This document shows, in pieces, positions 38,096 to 50,909 of a stretch of DNA of 64,000 bases. How positions within the stretch are numbered: position 1 is the stretch's first letter; each line of letters starts with the position of its first letter. The position numbers and the translations under genes are program-made. The stretch is from Octopus sinensis (Eukaryota): NCBI RefSeq assembly GCF_006345805.1, contig NC_042999.1, positions 13,702,001 to 13,766,000 of the forward strand, written 5' to 3'. Under the pieces are notes generated by a model. It saw nothing but the letters and a program-made list of their open reading frames with translations. It did no database searches and was not told where the DNA came from.

Positions 38096-38464
38096 ACAGG
38101 AGAGGCCAGAAATGGCCAGTTTGAACATAAAGCAATTAGAATATTTTGACCAGAAAAGGCCAGTATAAATGCTAAAAGGTTAATATACAATACACTCACT
38201 CTCTATCTATCTCTATGCATGTGTACATATATTTGAAGGGCAAATCATTTAGTTTCTGTCTGCTATTGATCAGCTCAAGACTACAGTTGAAGTCACTTGC
38301 CCAATGTACCAGGTAGTGGGACTGAACCTGAAACTATGTGGTTAAGAGGCCAAGTTCTTAACCACACAGCCACATTAATCCTGTCATACCACATTCCTGC
38401 TATAGTGAGAATAGGTTAAACATTGTCCCTGTTGGATTCCCAATAAAAAGGTAGTCAACAATAC

Positions 38465-38900
38465 ATCATCATCATCATCGTTTAACGTCCGTTTTCCATG
38501 CTGGCATGGGTTGGACGGTTCGACTGGGGTCTGGAAAGCCAGCAGGCTGCACCAAGCTTCAGTCTGATCTGGCAGTATTTCTACAGCTGGGAGCCCTTCC
38601 TAACGCCAACCACTCCGTGAGTGTAGTAGGTGCTTTTTACATGCCACTGGTACAGGGGCCAGGGGAGGCTGGCAACAGCCACGATCAGTTGGTGCTTTTT
38701 ACGTGCCACCAGCACAGGGGCCAGGGGAGGCTGGCAATGTCCACAATCAGTTGGTGCTTTTTAGGTGCCACAGGCACAGAGACGGCTGGAAATGGCCACA
38801 ATCAGTTGGTGCTTTTTACATGCCACTGGCACAGAAGCCAATCAAGGTGGCACCGGCATCAGCCATATTCAGATGGTGCTTTTTACGTGCCACCAGCATG
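38465..38900 (-). mobile_element. SINE family D with 5-unit internal array
   Basis: Units gtgctttttacgtgccaccagcac...ccacaatcagttg repeated about every 55-65 bp. Confidence 0.9.
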
Positions 38901-39249
38901 GATATCACAACTACAATTTCCATTTGATTTTTATTTTGATGTACTTGACTCAGGAAAAAAAGATGCAGTTGGTTCTGTCCTTTAGTTCACTTGCAATCAT
39001 TACTCTTGAGCTGTAAATGCAACTATTCCATGTTTTTGATCAGGAGCCCAGCTGTGCCTATTAAGCATGCCTGATATATATATATACATATATATATATA
39101 ATGCATGTATGTATGTAAGCATATATACAACTATATATGTGTGCATGTACATGTTTAGATATATGCAAATATAGGTGTCAGTGTATATGTGCATTTGTGT
39201 GTATCTATGCAGATGCAACCAAATGAGCAGTGCAACAACACAGCACAAT

Positions 39250-39407
39250 AATTATTATAATAATAATAATAATACTAATAATATTATAATAATAATATAA
39301 TAATAATAATAATATTATTATTATAATAATAATAATAATAAAATAATATATTATTATAATAATAATAATAAAATATAATAATACTAATAATATTATAATA
39401 AATAATA

Positions 39408-39438
<31 letters not shown>

Positions 39439-40541
39439 TTATAATAATATAATAATAATAATAATAATATATAATAATAATAATAATAATATAATAATAA
39501 TATTATAATAATAATATAATAATAATAATAATATTATAATAATAATAATATAATAATAATAATATTATTATAATAATAATAATATAATAACAATAATAAT
39601 AATATTATTATAATAATGATAATAATATATAATAATATAATATATAATAATATAATAATGATAATATAATATAATAATAATAATATAATAATAATAATAA
39701 TAATAATATATAATATAATAATACTAATATATAATAATATATAATAATAATAATAATATGATAATAATATAATAATATAATAATATATAATACTAAAATA
39801 TAATAATAATATAATAATAATAATAATAATATCATAATAATAATAATAATAATATAATAATAATAATAATATAATAATAATAATAATAATAATAAAATAT
39901 AATAATATATATAATAATAATAATATTATTATAATAATATAATAATAATAATAATATAATAAATAATAATAATATAATAATAATAATAATTAATAATAAT
40001 AATAATAATACTAATAATATTATAATATAATATAATAATAATAAGATTAATATAATAATAATATACTAATAATAATAATATTATTAATAATAATAATATA
40101 TATAATAATAATATAATAATAATAATTATAATAATATAATAATAATAAGAATAATAATTATATAATAATATAATAATAATAATACTAATAATATTATAAT
40201 AATAATATAATAATAATATATTATTATAATAATAATATAATAATAATAATATATTATTATAATAATAATAATATAATAACAATAATAATAATAATATTAT
40301 TATAATAATGATATAATAATATATAATAATATATAATAATATAATAATAATAAATATAATATAATAATATATAATAATACTATAATATAATATAATAATA
40401 TAATAATAATAATAATATGATAATAATAATAATAATAATATTATGATAATAATAATAATAATATTATAATAATAATAATAATAATGATAATAATAATAAT
40501 ATAATAATACTAATAATATTTTAATAATAATAATAATAATA

Positions 40542-40576
<35 letters not shown>

Positions 40577-40632
40577 TTATAATGATAATAATAATATTAT
40601 AATGATAATAATAATAATAATAATAAAACAAT
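39250..40632. repeat. Long degenerate (AAT)n/(TA) low-complexity tract, about 1.4 kb
   Basis: Almost exclusively A/T, with sporadic C/G. Confidence 0.97.
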
Positions 40633-41618
40633 AAAAAAAATCTGGAAATATCACTCAAATCATGGCCCCCATCACTCGTGTAATTTGAAGACACTCCAAG
40701 AATTGATAATGTCTTCAAATCAGGTTTAAATGTTTAGCAAAACTACTTGAAACGGTTGCATCAACATAGAAGGAATTTCTAAGGAATCCAAAATCAGCAC
40801 ACAGCTAGTTACAAGAGAGGAATTCAATAATAATTTGCCAAAAAGAAAAATGTCAGGGACTCCAAAAATGAAGGAAAAATGTCGGTTTCCCAATAATATG
40901 TGAATCTATGACATTTCAGTTCTCTAACAAGCTGCTTGTTCATCTGAGAAATTTATAATTTGCCAGAGGGGCAGAAACAGAAATGGCATTCAGGGGACAT
41001 TTAAAGATTGGTAAACTGAAGAGTTACCAATGGCAAAAAGTTTTGAAAATCCATAATAATAATAATAATAATAATAATAATCCCTTCTACTATAGGCACA
41101 AGGCCTGAAATTTTGGGGAGAGGGGATTAATTGGTTACATCAACACCAGTGTTTCACTGGTACTTAATTTATTGACCATGAAAGGATGAAAGGCAAAATC
41201 AACCTCAGTGGAATTTGAACTCAAAACGTAAAGATGGGCGAAATGCCATGAAGTATATTGCCAGGCATGCTAACAATTCTGCCACTACGCCGCCTTATAT
41301 AATAATCCTTTCTACTATAGGCGCAAGGCGTGAAATTTTGGAGAAGGGGACTAGTTGATTACATCAACCCCAGGATGAAATGCAAAGTTGACCCCAGCAG
41401 CATTTGAACTCAGAATGTTAAGACAGACGAAATACCACTAAGCATTTTGCCCAGCATGTTAAAAACTCTGCCAGCTTGTGACCTTAATAATAATAATAAT
41501 AGTTTCAAAGTTTTGGCACACAGCCGGCAAATTTGGGGAAGAGGATAAGTTGACTACATTGATCTGCAATCCTCAACTGGTACTTATTTTGAGATAGAAA
41601 GGATGAAAGTCAAGGTCA

Positions 41619-42056
41619 ACCGGTTTCAGCCATTGAGACATTTTCAACTGTAAGTATGGAAAACAATTAAATTTTGGAAAAATTAAAAGAAATGCTTTTT
41701 TCAAAGAATATTTGTATAGTATTCAAATACAAGGGACATTTTCCTTGTTTCTGCCTGTCTCTGACTCTCTTGTTCACTCTTGTGGGTTCAAGGTTGTTGT
41801 GAATTATTGATAGGGAAGAATTCACAACGACCTCGAACCCACAAGAGTAAACAAGAGAGACAGACAGGCAGAAACAAGGAAAATGCCCCTTGTATTTGAA
41901 TACTATGCAAATATTCTTTGAAAAACACTTGTCTTTTAATTTTTCCAAAATGTTATTGTTTTCCATTCTTACAGTTGAAAAAGTCTCAATGACTGAAACC
42001 GGTACTGAAATTTTTTTTATAAAATTATTTTAGCATTTTCTATCTTGACTTTTTTT

Positions 42057-42058
<2 letters not shown>
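41619..42058 (+). mobile_element. Penelope-like insertion forming a 385-bp palindrome
   Basis: 41619-41805 is the reverse complement of 41819-42003 (13-nt loop). The right arm continues through a hammerhead-like motif into an AT-rich tail ending at (TA)n. Confidence 0.7.
41972..42007 (+). ncRNA. Decayed minimal hammerhead-like motif
   Basis: cag-TTGAAAA-AGTC-tcaat-GACT-GAAAC-CG-GTA-ctg: stems I and II and palindromic ACCGGT stem III are present, but the core deviates from CUGANGA at two positions. Confidence 0.4.
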
Positions 42059-42103
<45 letters not shown>

Positions 42104-42109
42104 TACATA

Positions 42110-42860
42110 CATGGTCTGATCAATAAATATCTGGACTGTTGCCATAGTAATGAAACTAAAGCATACAGTGAAGTCGCTTAGCACAGGTTGATCTTGAACT
42201 CTGCCGTGCATGCGCACTAAGTTTTAACATTCTAGCTCACTTCTGCTGTTTGCAGCAGTGCTTGGAAGGAAGGTGTGTAACATGTGATCGTCGCATTGAC
42301 CATGACAGAGGGAGTTGAGCAGAGAATCTGCATCAAATTTTCCCAAAAGCTTCGCAATACCTGCTCGGAAGTCTCGACAAAGTTTTAAACATTCTCGACA
42401 CAATCAAGGAGATCTTGTGCAACTGCAAACCGAGTACCTTTTTGGTCAGCTGAATACAGTTTTGGCACAAACTTGGCAGACACATGTCTCATATCCAAAC
42501 CTTCAGTGATAATGGACTAAACTGACCCATAACTTAATCTGCACATTCTGTGATTAACTCATGGATAGTAATTCAACGATTTACCCTCACAGTTGCAATG
42601 TTTTTCTCAGCTCTGCTAATTGCATGTTTCCAGAATGTTTGTCAATATCGATATTTTGTTGACTATCCTGGAAATGTCTGAACAACTCATAGACTTGTGT
42701 GTGGCTCATACACTCCTCTCCATACTCTTTCTGCAATTTTGTGTCGGCCTCCATGACAACTTTCTCTCACATGGTCAATGTGATAATCACTTGTTACACA
42801 CTTTCATGCTTTAGATTCATTACTATGGCAACAGTCCGGATACTTATTGATCAGACCTCA
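42110..42860. mobile_element. Mariner derivative made of two inward-facing 5' ends
   Basis: TA-flanked TIRs catggtctgatcaataaatatctggactgttgccatagtaatgaa / ttcattactatggcaacagtccggatacttattgatcagacctca. Plus strand MTEGVEQRICIKFSQKL. Minus strand KLQKEYGEECMSHTQVYELFRHF...RHVSAKFVPKL. Confidence 0.85.
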
Positions 42861-43176
42861 TATAAAGTATATGCCTATGTTTGTGTGTGAGCGAAGAAGC
42901 ATGCATGTAAATATGAATTCCTCACATCACATGGAAAGTGACTTAGGTACACGGAGTAATATTAGTTGAGATTTCCTGTCTATAAAATGCTTCTCTGCTT
43001 CTTCTTTCAAAGACATGAGGATAAAATTATTCCTAACTTGAAAAACGAGTAAGGGTTGTTGACAGGAAAGGCATCCAGCTACTAAATAACATCAACAGAA
43101 TGTATTCCTCCATAGAAAAACTGATATTAAATGAAAGAAGGGTGTATGTGTATGTGTGTATGTCTGTGCATGAGTC

Positions 43177-43211
<35 letters not shown>

Positions 43212-43599
43212 ATGTGTGTGAATAAGCCTCTATTTCAACACATCTTTGCAATGACACCATTCAGTCGATAGTGGCATATCTGTTTTCTTGTTTCTGATGT
43301 ATAAACACTCCTGAAATATAAATACCTTCCTTAGAAAACAGGAAAAGGTTGGCAACAGGAAATGCATCCAGTCATAGAATATCATCTCCATAAATCTAAT
43401 CAAACTAATATGAGCATGGTGAAACAGCATATGCAAAAACGACAACGCAGATCATCATCCTTGTCAGCATCACCATCATTCGAGGCATAGCTATAGCTAT
43501 TGGATAACATGGCAATATTTTCACTTGAAAACCGAGAAAATCCAATGATACGAAACTGGCTCATCTCTTTAAAGTCAATAACATCAGACATGATTTAGT

Positions 43600-43657
43600 T
43601 CACTACATATACATACAGATCTATATACATATATACAGATCTATATAAATGTACTGT

Positions 43658-43694
<37 letters not shown>

Positions 43695-43827
43695 ATGTAG
43701 CTTATACATACATATACATATATTTACATATATGTAATTTATATATAATATATACATATTTACAGATATTGTATTTATACATATATATATACATATTTAC
43801 ATATATGTAATTATATTACAATATATA

Positions 43828-43875
<48 letters not shown>

Positions 43876-43994
43876 ATATATAGACACTCACACATATATG
43901 CAGCTATGCATAATTATATTATATATATGTAGTTTATACATACATATACACACACACATACACACCAAGGTGTGTTGCATATATATCTATATAT

Positions 43995-44041
<47 letters not shown>

Positions 44042-44576
44042 TATATAAAACTATGTATATGTAAGTGCATATATACATTCCAAATGAATAAAATTTGGCT
44101 TTGTGCATACAAAACACATCAATATCTTACCCCCTTCTAAGTATCAGGCAAGAGATATTACTCAAACATAAAAAACAAAAAAAAAGAGAAACACAGGAAT
44201 AGCCAATTCTTCAGTAGTCTTACCTTTTGATGTGATCTCTCGTTAGTAATAAAATTTGTGATCTATATATATATACATACATACCTATATATATATATAT
44301 ATAATATATATATATATTATATATAGATATATATATACACACACATACATACATATATATATATATACACACACACATACATACATATATATATATATAC
44401 ACATACATACATATATATATATACACATACATATATATATATTATATATACACATACCATACATATATATATATATATATATACACATACATACATATTA
44501 TATATATATATACACATATACATACATATATATATATATATACACATACATACATATATATATATATATTATATAC

Positions 44577-44609
<33 letters not shown>

Positions 44610-44610
44610 C

Positions 44611-44641
<31 letters not shown>

Positions 44642-44642
44642 C

Positions 44643-44673
<31 letters not shown>

Positions 44674-44674
44674 C

Positions 44675-44707
<33 letters not shown>

Positions 44708-45225
44708 CACATACTACATATATATATATATATATATATACACATACATACATATATATATATATATATACACATACATACATATATATATATATATACA
44801 CATACATACATATTATATATACATATACACATACATACATATATATATATACATATATACACATACATACATATATATATACATATATACACATACATAC
44901 ATATATATACATATATACACATACATATATATATACATATATACACATACATATATATATACATATATACACATACATATATATACATATATACACACAT
45001 ACATACACATATATATACATATATACACATATATATACATATATACACATACATATATATATACATATATACACATACATACACATACATATACATATAT
45101 ATATACATATATACACATACATACACATATACATACATATATACACATATATACATATATAACACATACATATACATATATACACATACATACACACATA
45201 TATATATATACATATATACACATAC

Positions 45226-45270
<45 letters not shown>

Positions 45271-45440
45271 TACATACATATATACACATACATATATATA
45301 CATATATACACATACATACACACATGTATATACATACACTCACATAAATACGTATACACATGCACTCACACGCATATATATATACACACACACACACCTG
45401 TATATGTACAGACACATATATATACACACACACACATTGC
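43600..45440. repeat. Long compound (TA)n/(TACA)n/(CA)n microsatellite region
   Basis: Directly visible; interrupted by unique sequence at about 44070-44260; source of the 243-307 aa Y/I/V/C/M ORFs. Confidence 0.97.
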
Positions 45441-45736
45441 ACACATATGCTGCCATCATAAACTTTTGTTTCGTTTTCCCTTTTCTTACAGCCAATATTC
45501 CTTGTTAGCCTGTAGAATACCATTTCTCCCCCCATCCACCCCACCGCACTTGTCTTCTCTCATTCTCTCTCTCTCTTTCTCTTTTCCTCTCTCTCTCTCT
45601 CTTTCTCTGTTGGAATAACAAGTATTTAACAGCTGGGTACTACTCCAAAGAGGAATCGTACTAAGTATTTGTATTCAACTTCACTGGTTTGGCATTATTA
45701 TTATTACTATTATTATTATCATTATTATTATTACTA

Positions 45737-45767
<31 letters not shown>

Positions 45768-46192
45768 TATTATTACATTATATTATATTATTATTATTAT
45801 TATCATCATCACTATCATCATCATCATCATCGTTGTTGTTTTCCAGGTAACATGACTGAGTGGATCTATTTATGGTATGGTTTAGCATGTGAACCTACCA
45901 GCTCTTAATCACTACTTTCACTATTCGTCAAGTACTTAGCCAAAATTTACAGAAAAAAAAAAAATTTTTTTTAAAAAAACAAAAAAGCACCAAACACACA
46001 AACAAAAAATATCAACTAAAAGACAACACAAACCTGGTTTCGTCTGTTTTCCAGCAGTGATTTCTCATATTGTTGAGCATTCTTTAAACCAATTCCACAA
46101 AAAGCCAAATAAAACGTAAATATCTGAAAATTAAAATAAAATTTAGATAAGATGCTAATTAAAACTGTATCAGTTTTATCAAGTTTAAACCT

Positions 46193-46395
46193 GTAGCATT
46201 TAAACCGGTCATATCCAGCCCAAACATTCTACCTGTTTTATGTTCAGCTATATTTGGCATCTCACACCTACCCTACAACGTCATTCTAAAAATGAACAAT
46301 CATATCATCTCATCAAGCTATGAGATAATGTATGATTAATTCATAACAATATGAATAAATATTGCATTTCAGAGAATAATTTGAATGCTAAAGGC
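46193..46395. mobile_element. Degenerate piggyBac-like MITE
   Basis: aacctgtagcattt...ttgaatgctaaagg termini; same family as 7658 and 51340. Confidence 0.55.
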
Positions 46396-47148
46396 AGCAA
46401 GCTGGCAGAAATGTTAATACACCAGGTGGAATGCTTAGCGGTATTTCATCTGTCTTTATGTTCTGAGTTCAAATTCCACTGAGGTCGACTTTGCCTTTTG
46501 ACCTTTCAGGGTCAATAAATTAAGTACCAGTTGCATACTGAGGTTGATCTAATCGACTGGTCCCCTCCCCCAAAATTTCTGGCCTTGTGCCTAGAGCAGA
46601 AAAGAAACATTAGCACAATGGGCGAAATGCTATGTGATATTTCGTGTCTTTACGTTCTGAGTTCAAATCGCACCTAGGTCGACTTTGCCTTTTGTCCTTT
46701 TGGGGTCAATAAACTAAGTACCAGTTGTGTACTGGGGTAGATCTAATCGACTGGAGCCTCCCCCAAAATTTTGGGCCTTATATCTTGAGTAGAAAAAAAT
46801 TTGAATGCTAAGGGATAAACCAACAAAAGAAATATGTTGCTGAATGCTGCCAGGGATGATATTCACACAACACACTTTTCCTTTTATTCTTTTATTTGTT
46901 TCAGCCATCTGACTGCAGCCATGCTGGAGCACCACCTTTAGTTGAATAAATCGCCCCCAGGACTTAGTCTATCAATCTCTTTTACTGAACCGCTAAGTTG
47001 CGGATACGTAAACAGACCAACATCAGAAGGAAAAGAGTAGTTGTTTTATGTTTGAAGCATATAGCTCTTCTTCGAAAACAGGAAAGGAAGGAAAGAAAAA
47101 ATTGCCAATAATTCATGTGCAGTTGCAGTTTTGAAAATATGTGCGTGT

Positions 47149-47245
47149 ACACACATACAGTGAGCTTTTTTCACTTTCCATCTATTAAACCCACTCACAA
47201 TGCTTTGGTCAGCCCAGGGCTGTATTAGAAGACACTTGTCCAAGG
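47149..47245 (+). repeat. 97-bp direct repeat, copy 1 (SINE A remnant)
   Basis: Identical by eye to 51461-51557 (offset 4312), including non-consensus bases such as ctattaaacc and ctgtattagaag. Confidence 0.9.
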
Positions 47246-47254
47246 GTTAATGTT

Positions 47255-49164
47255 GGGTTAATATAGGGCATAACAAATATCAGAAAATCAAAAAAAAATG
47301 TGTGTAATAGGTGTAAAAAACTTCCTATGAACGAATATGAAAAAAAAATTCGCGCACGCGAAAGGGGGGTGGGGGAGAGGCCTCGGAAAATTCACATCGG
47401 GAAGTTCCGAAAGCGTCTGAGGGGCTGACCCGGGCACCAAAACAAAAAAAAAATAGTGTAATATGTGTAAAACAACTTGCTCTAAACGAATATGAAAAAA
47501 AAAATGCGCTCTCGGAAAGAGGGGTGGGGGAGAGGCCTCGGAATATTTATATCGGGAATTTCCGAAAGCGTCTGAACCGGGCACAAAAACAAAAACAGCG
47601 TAATAGGTGTAAAACAACTTGCTCTAAACGACTATCATGAAAAAAATGCGCGCTCGCGAAAGGGGGGTGGGGGAGAGGCTTCGGAAATTTCACATCTTCA
47701 GTCCACGGCCTTTAAACTAAGAAAAAATAGTGTAATTGGTGTAAAACTACTTGTTCTAAACGAGTATCAAGAACACACACTCACACATGAATCATAAACT
47801 CCGTATTTCGCAAAAAAAAAAAATAAAGAGAAGAAATTCTGGAAAAAGTGAAGAAATGTTGGATCTCATTCCTTGGTTAAAGCTATTTTAACATTAAATT
47901 TATGCTTTTCTTTGAAATAGTTCAGATATATGCAATTCTTCTCACTTATTAAGATGCATTTATCAGAAAAAAAGAGACAGAAAAAATTATTATTTTGTGT
48001 CAATCCTTCCCTAATTATCCTTTATTAATTAGTTTTGGCGTGTATTTTTTTCCCAAATTATTCTTTCACCTTTACAACACTGTTTAGTAAAGCAATTAAT
48101 TATCTTTATAATTTGCATATTTGACTTATTAATCAAAATTCTCTAGATGTAATATATACTAAGTAATGCATCCTTCATTTATGTGTTCCGTTCTGTATTA
48201 TGCATGCGTGACTGTTTGTATGTAAGTGTTTTAACTGTGCACATGAATGTGAATATTAAAGAACATATTTATTTACTATGATTGTTATTTTCAGAACAAA
48301 TAAATCTTTTGGCTGTTATGTTATTGATGTTATTATTATTGCTAGTTAAAGGGTGGTGACTTGGCTGAATATTTTGAGTCTTGTAGTATGTAGTTGTGTT
48401 AGTCAATATTCTGAGTTCAAATCCAACTCATTTCTTTATCATCATTATCGATGGACCACTCAAAGAGGTATGTATACATTATCATTTTCGTAACATAATT
48501 TCTGTAGTATTTCAAGATGTTTCTGACACGTATTTTGATTCACATGGCGGAGATCCAACATTTCTTCACTTTTTCCAGAATTTCTTCTCTTTATTTTTTT
48601 TTTTTGCGAAATACGGAGTTTATGATTCATGTGTGAGTGTGTGTTCTTGATACTCGTTTAGAACAAGTAGTTTTACACCAATTACACTATTTTTTCTTAG
48701 TTTAAAGGCCGTGGACTGAAGATGTGAAATTTCCGAAGCCTCTCCCCCACCCCCTTTCGCGAGCGCGCATTTTTTTCATGATAGTCGTTTAGAGCAAGTT
48801 GTTTTACACCTATTACGCTGTTTGTGTTTTTGTGCCCGGTTCAGACGCTTTCGGAAATTCCCGATATAAATATTCCGAGGCCTCTCCCCCACCCCTCTTT
48901 CTCGAGAGCGCATTTTTTTTTTCATATTCGTTTAGAGCAAGTTGTTTTACACATATTACACTATTTTTTTTTTGTTTTGGTGCCCGGGTCAGCCCCTCAG
49001 ACGCTTTCGGAACTTCCCGATGTGAATTTTCGAGGCCTCTCCACCCCCCCCTTTCGCGTGCGCGAATTTTTTTTTTCATATTCGTTCATAGGAAGTTGTT
49101 TTACACCTATTACACACATTTTTTTTTTGATTTTCTGATATTTGTTACGCCCTATATTAACCCC
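47255..49164. mobile_element. Foldback-type element: about 610-bp inverted arms with 130-155-bp subrepeats and a non-coding spacer of about 680 bp
   Basis: 47255-47867 is the near-perfect reverse complement of 48550-49163; termini GGGTTAATATAGGGC; flanked by ATGTT at 47250-47254 and 49165-49169; inserted in a SINE A remnant that resumes as gttgggaaataaacttcttacc. Confidence 0.9.
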
Positions 49165-50169
49165 ATGTTGTTGGGAAATAAACTTCTTACCATTTAGGCA
49201 TTCCTACACTTATGCTGAAAACCAGGTGACACATAGCAACTAAAAGAGCATCTGGTTGTCAGATCCTGCTTCAAATAACTTCCCATCTCACCTAGACTAC
49301 CATGAACAAATGGATATTAAATGAATGAACAAAACACCTTCCTCATTTGTAAAACATCCGTGCAGTTTTCTATCAGCTGGCTGTAAGTCTAATGTTCAAC
49401 AGATGCTCACCAAAGACTTGCAAGAGGAAATAAGTGAGGGAAACTGAAAGAAGTCCATCATCATCATATTTTTAAAGTCCATTTTCCATACAGGCATGGA
49501 TTAGATTATCTGATTAGCCACTGACCTGTATCAGGCAATAATGGCAATTGTGTATAAGCTTTAAGCTTATATAAAATTATTATTATTATTATTTACAGGA
49601 TTGTAAACTCGACGCTGTATAAAAAAACCATTCACACCAAAAGCATATAGAAAGTTTGTTTACATAAAAACAAACACAAACTATTATAGTTCTTAAATTT
49701 GACAGAAATGGGAAGGCTGATTCGCTGGTGTAAAGGTAACACACTTAGTTGTATTAACAAAGGGATATGGGTTCAACACCCACGCAGATAGGAAAGCCTT
49801 CTTTTTTCTGTCATGGGCTTAAATGCGCCTTTATTAGACTATTTTCTTCAGTCATTGCACGGTGATAACCATAAGCTTTAAGCTTATATAAAAATACCAT
49901 TATTATTATTTACAGGATTGTAAACTCAGTGCCATATAGAAAAACCATTTGCACGAAAATATATAAATAAAACGCGTGTTTGAAAAGGTTAAACAAAAAC
50001 ACTCACACACAAGAAAAAAAACTTCTTCCCAAACAAGAGGCTAGAAACATCCTGATAAAAGATTTCATAACATTTATTTAAAAAATAATTTTTTAAATAA
50101 ATTACCTTTACACTTCAAAACTGTATTAATTCTCATAGCCCTGAAATACACACAACACATATATTATAA

Positions 50170-50435
50170 TAACAACAACACCAACAACAAAAAGAAGAAG
50201 AAGAGAAGAAGAAAGAAGAAGAAAAGAGAAGAAGAAGAAGAAGAAGAAGAATAAGAAGAAGAAGAATAAGAAGAAGAAGAAAGAAGAAGAGAAAAAAGAA
50301 GAAGAAGAAGAGAAGAAGAAGAAGAAGAAAGAAGAAGAAGAAGAAGAAGAAGAAGAAGAAGAAGAAGAAGAAGAAGAAGAAGAAAAGAAGAAAGAAGAAG
50401 AAGAAGAAGAAGAAGAAGAAGAGAAGAAGAAGGAA
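50170..50435. repeat. (GAA)n-rich polypurine microsatellite
   Basis: Directly visible. Confidence 0.95.
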
Positions 50436-50713
50436 TATAATTCCAAACTTACATGGAAAAATTCAATTTAGCAATTCTAAATCAAATTTCACAATATATA
50501 ATAGATGTATATAATTAGAGAACCTCTATTAAGCAATTCAACCGTGAAAATATTATCGATATTATATAGAAAAAATTAAAATATACTATAATAATTATTA
50601 TTAAAAAAAAATCAATAAATTAAATAAACATTATTATAGTATATTTAATTTTTACTATAAATATAGATAATATCTTTCACTACTGAATTGCTTAATAGGT
50701 TATTTCCCTTAAT

Positions 50714-50749
<36 letters not shown>

Positions 50750-50909
50750 ATCATCATTTAACATCTGTTTTCCATGCTGGCATGGGTTGGACGTTTTGGC
50801 AAGAGTTGGCAAACTGGAGAGCTGCACAAGAATCCAATTGCCTGTTTTGGTATGGTTGCTATGTCTGGATGCCCTTCCTAATATTAACACTTTACAGAGT
50901 ATATCATCA

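Noticed and set aside
38620-38900. CRISPR-like repeat-spacer pattern (palindromic core with variable linkers; also 25640 and 51060)
   Set aside because: The linkers are homologous to each other and the arrays lie inside a SINE family.
44220-45544. Long ORFs of 243-307 aa
   Set aside because: Stop-free translation of TA/TG microsatellite; Y/I/V/C/M composition only.
47255-49164. piggyBac assignment for the foldback element
   Set aside because: TTAA and CCC/GGG are in the opposite order to piggyBac ends (GGGTTAA left, TTAACCC right), and TTAA lies inside the inverted arms.
47288-49197. Mirror-image ORFs of 88-132 aa
   Set aside because: By-products of the inverted arms with frameshifting homopolymers; no transposase motifs.
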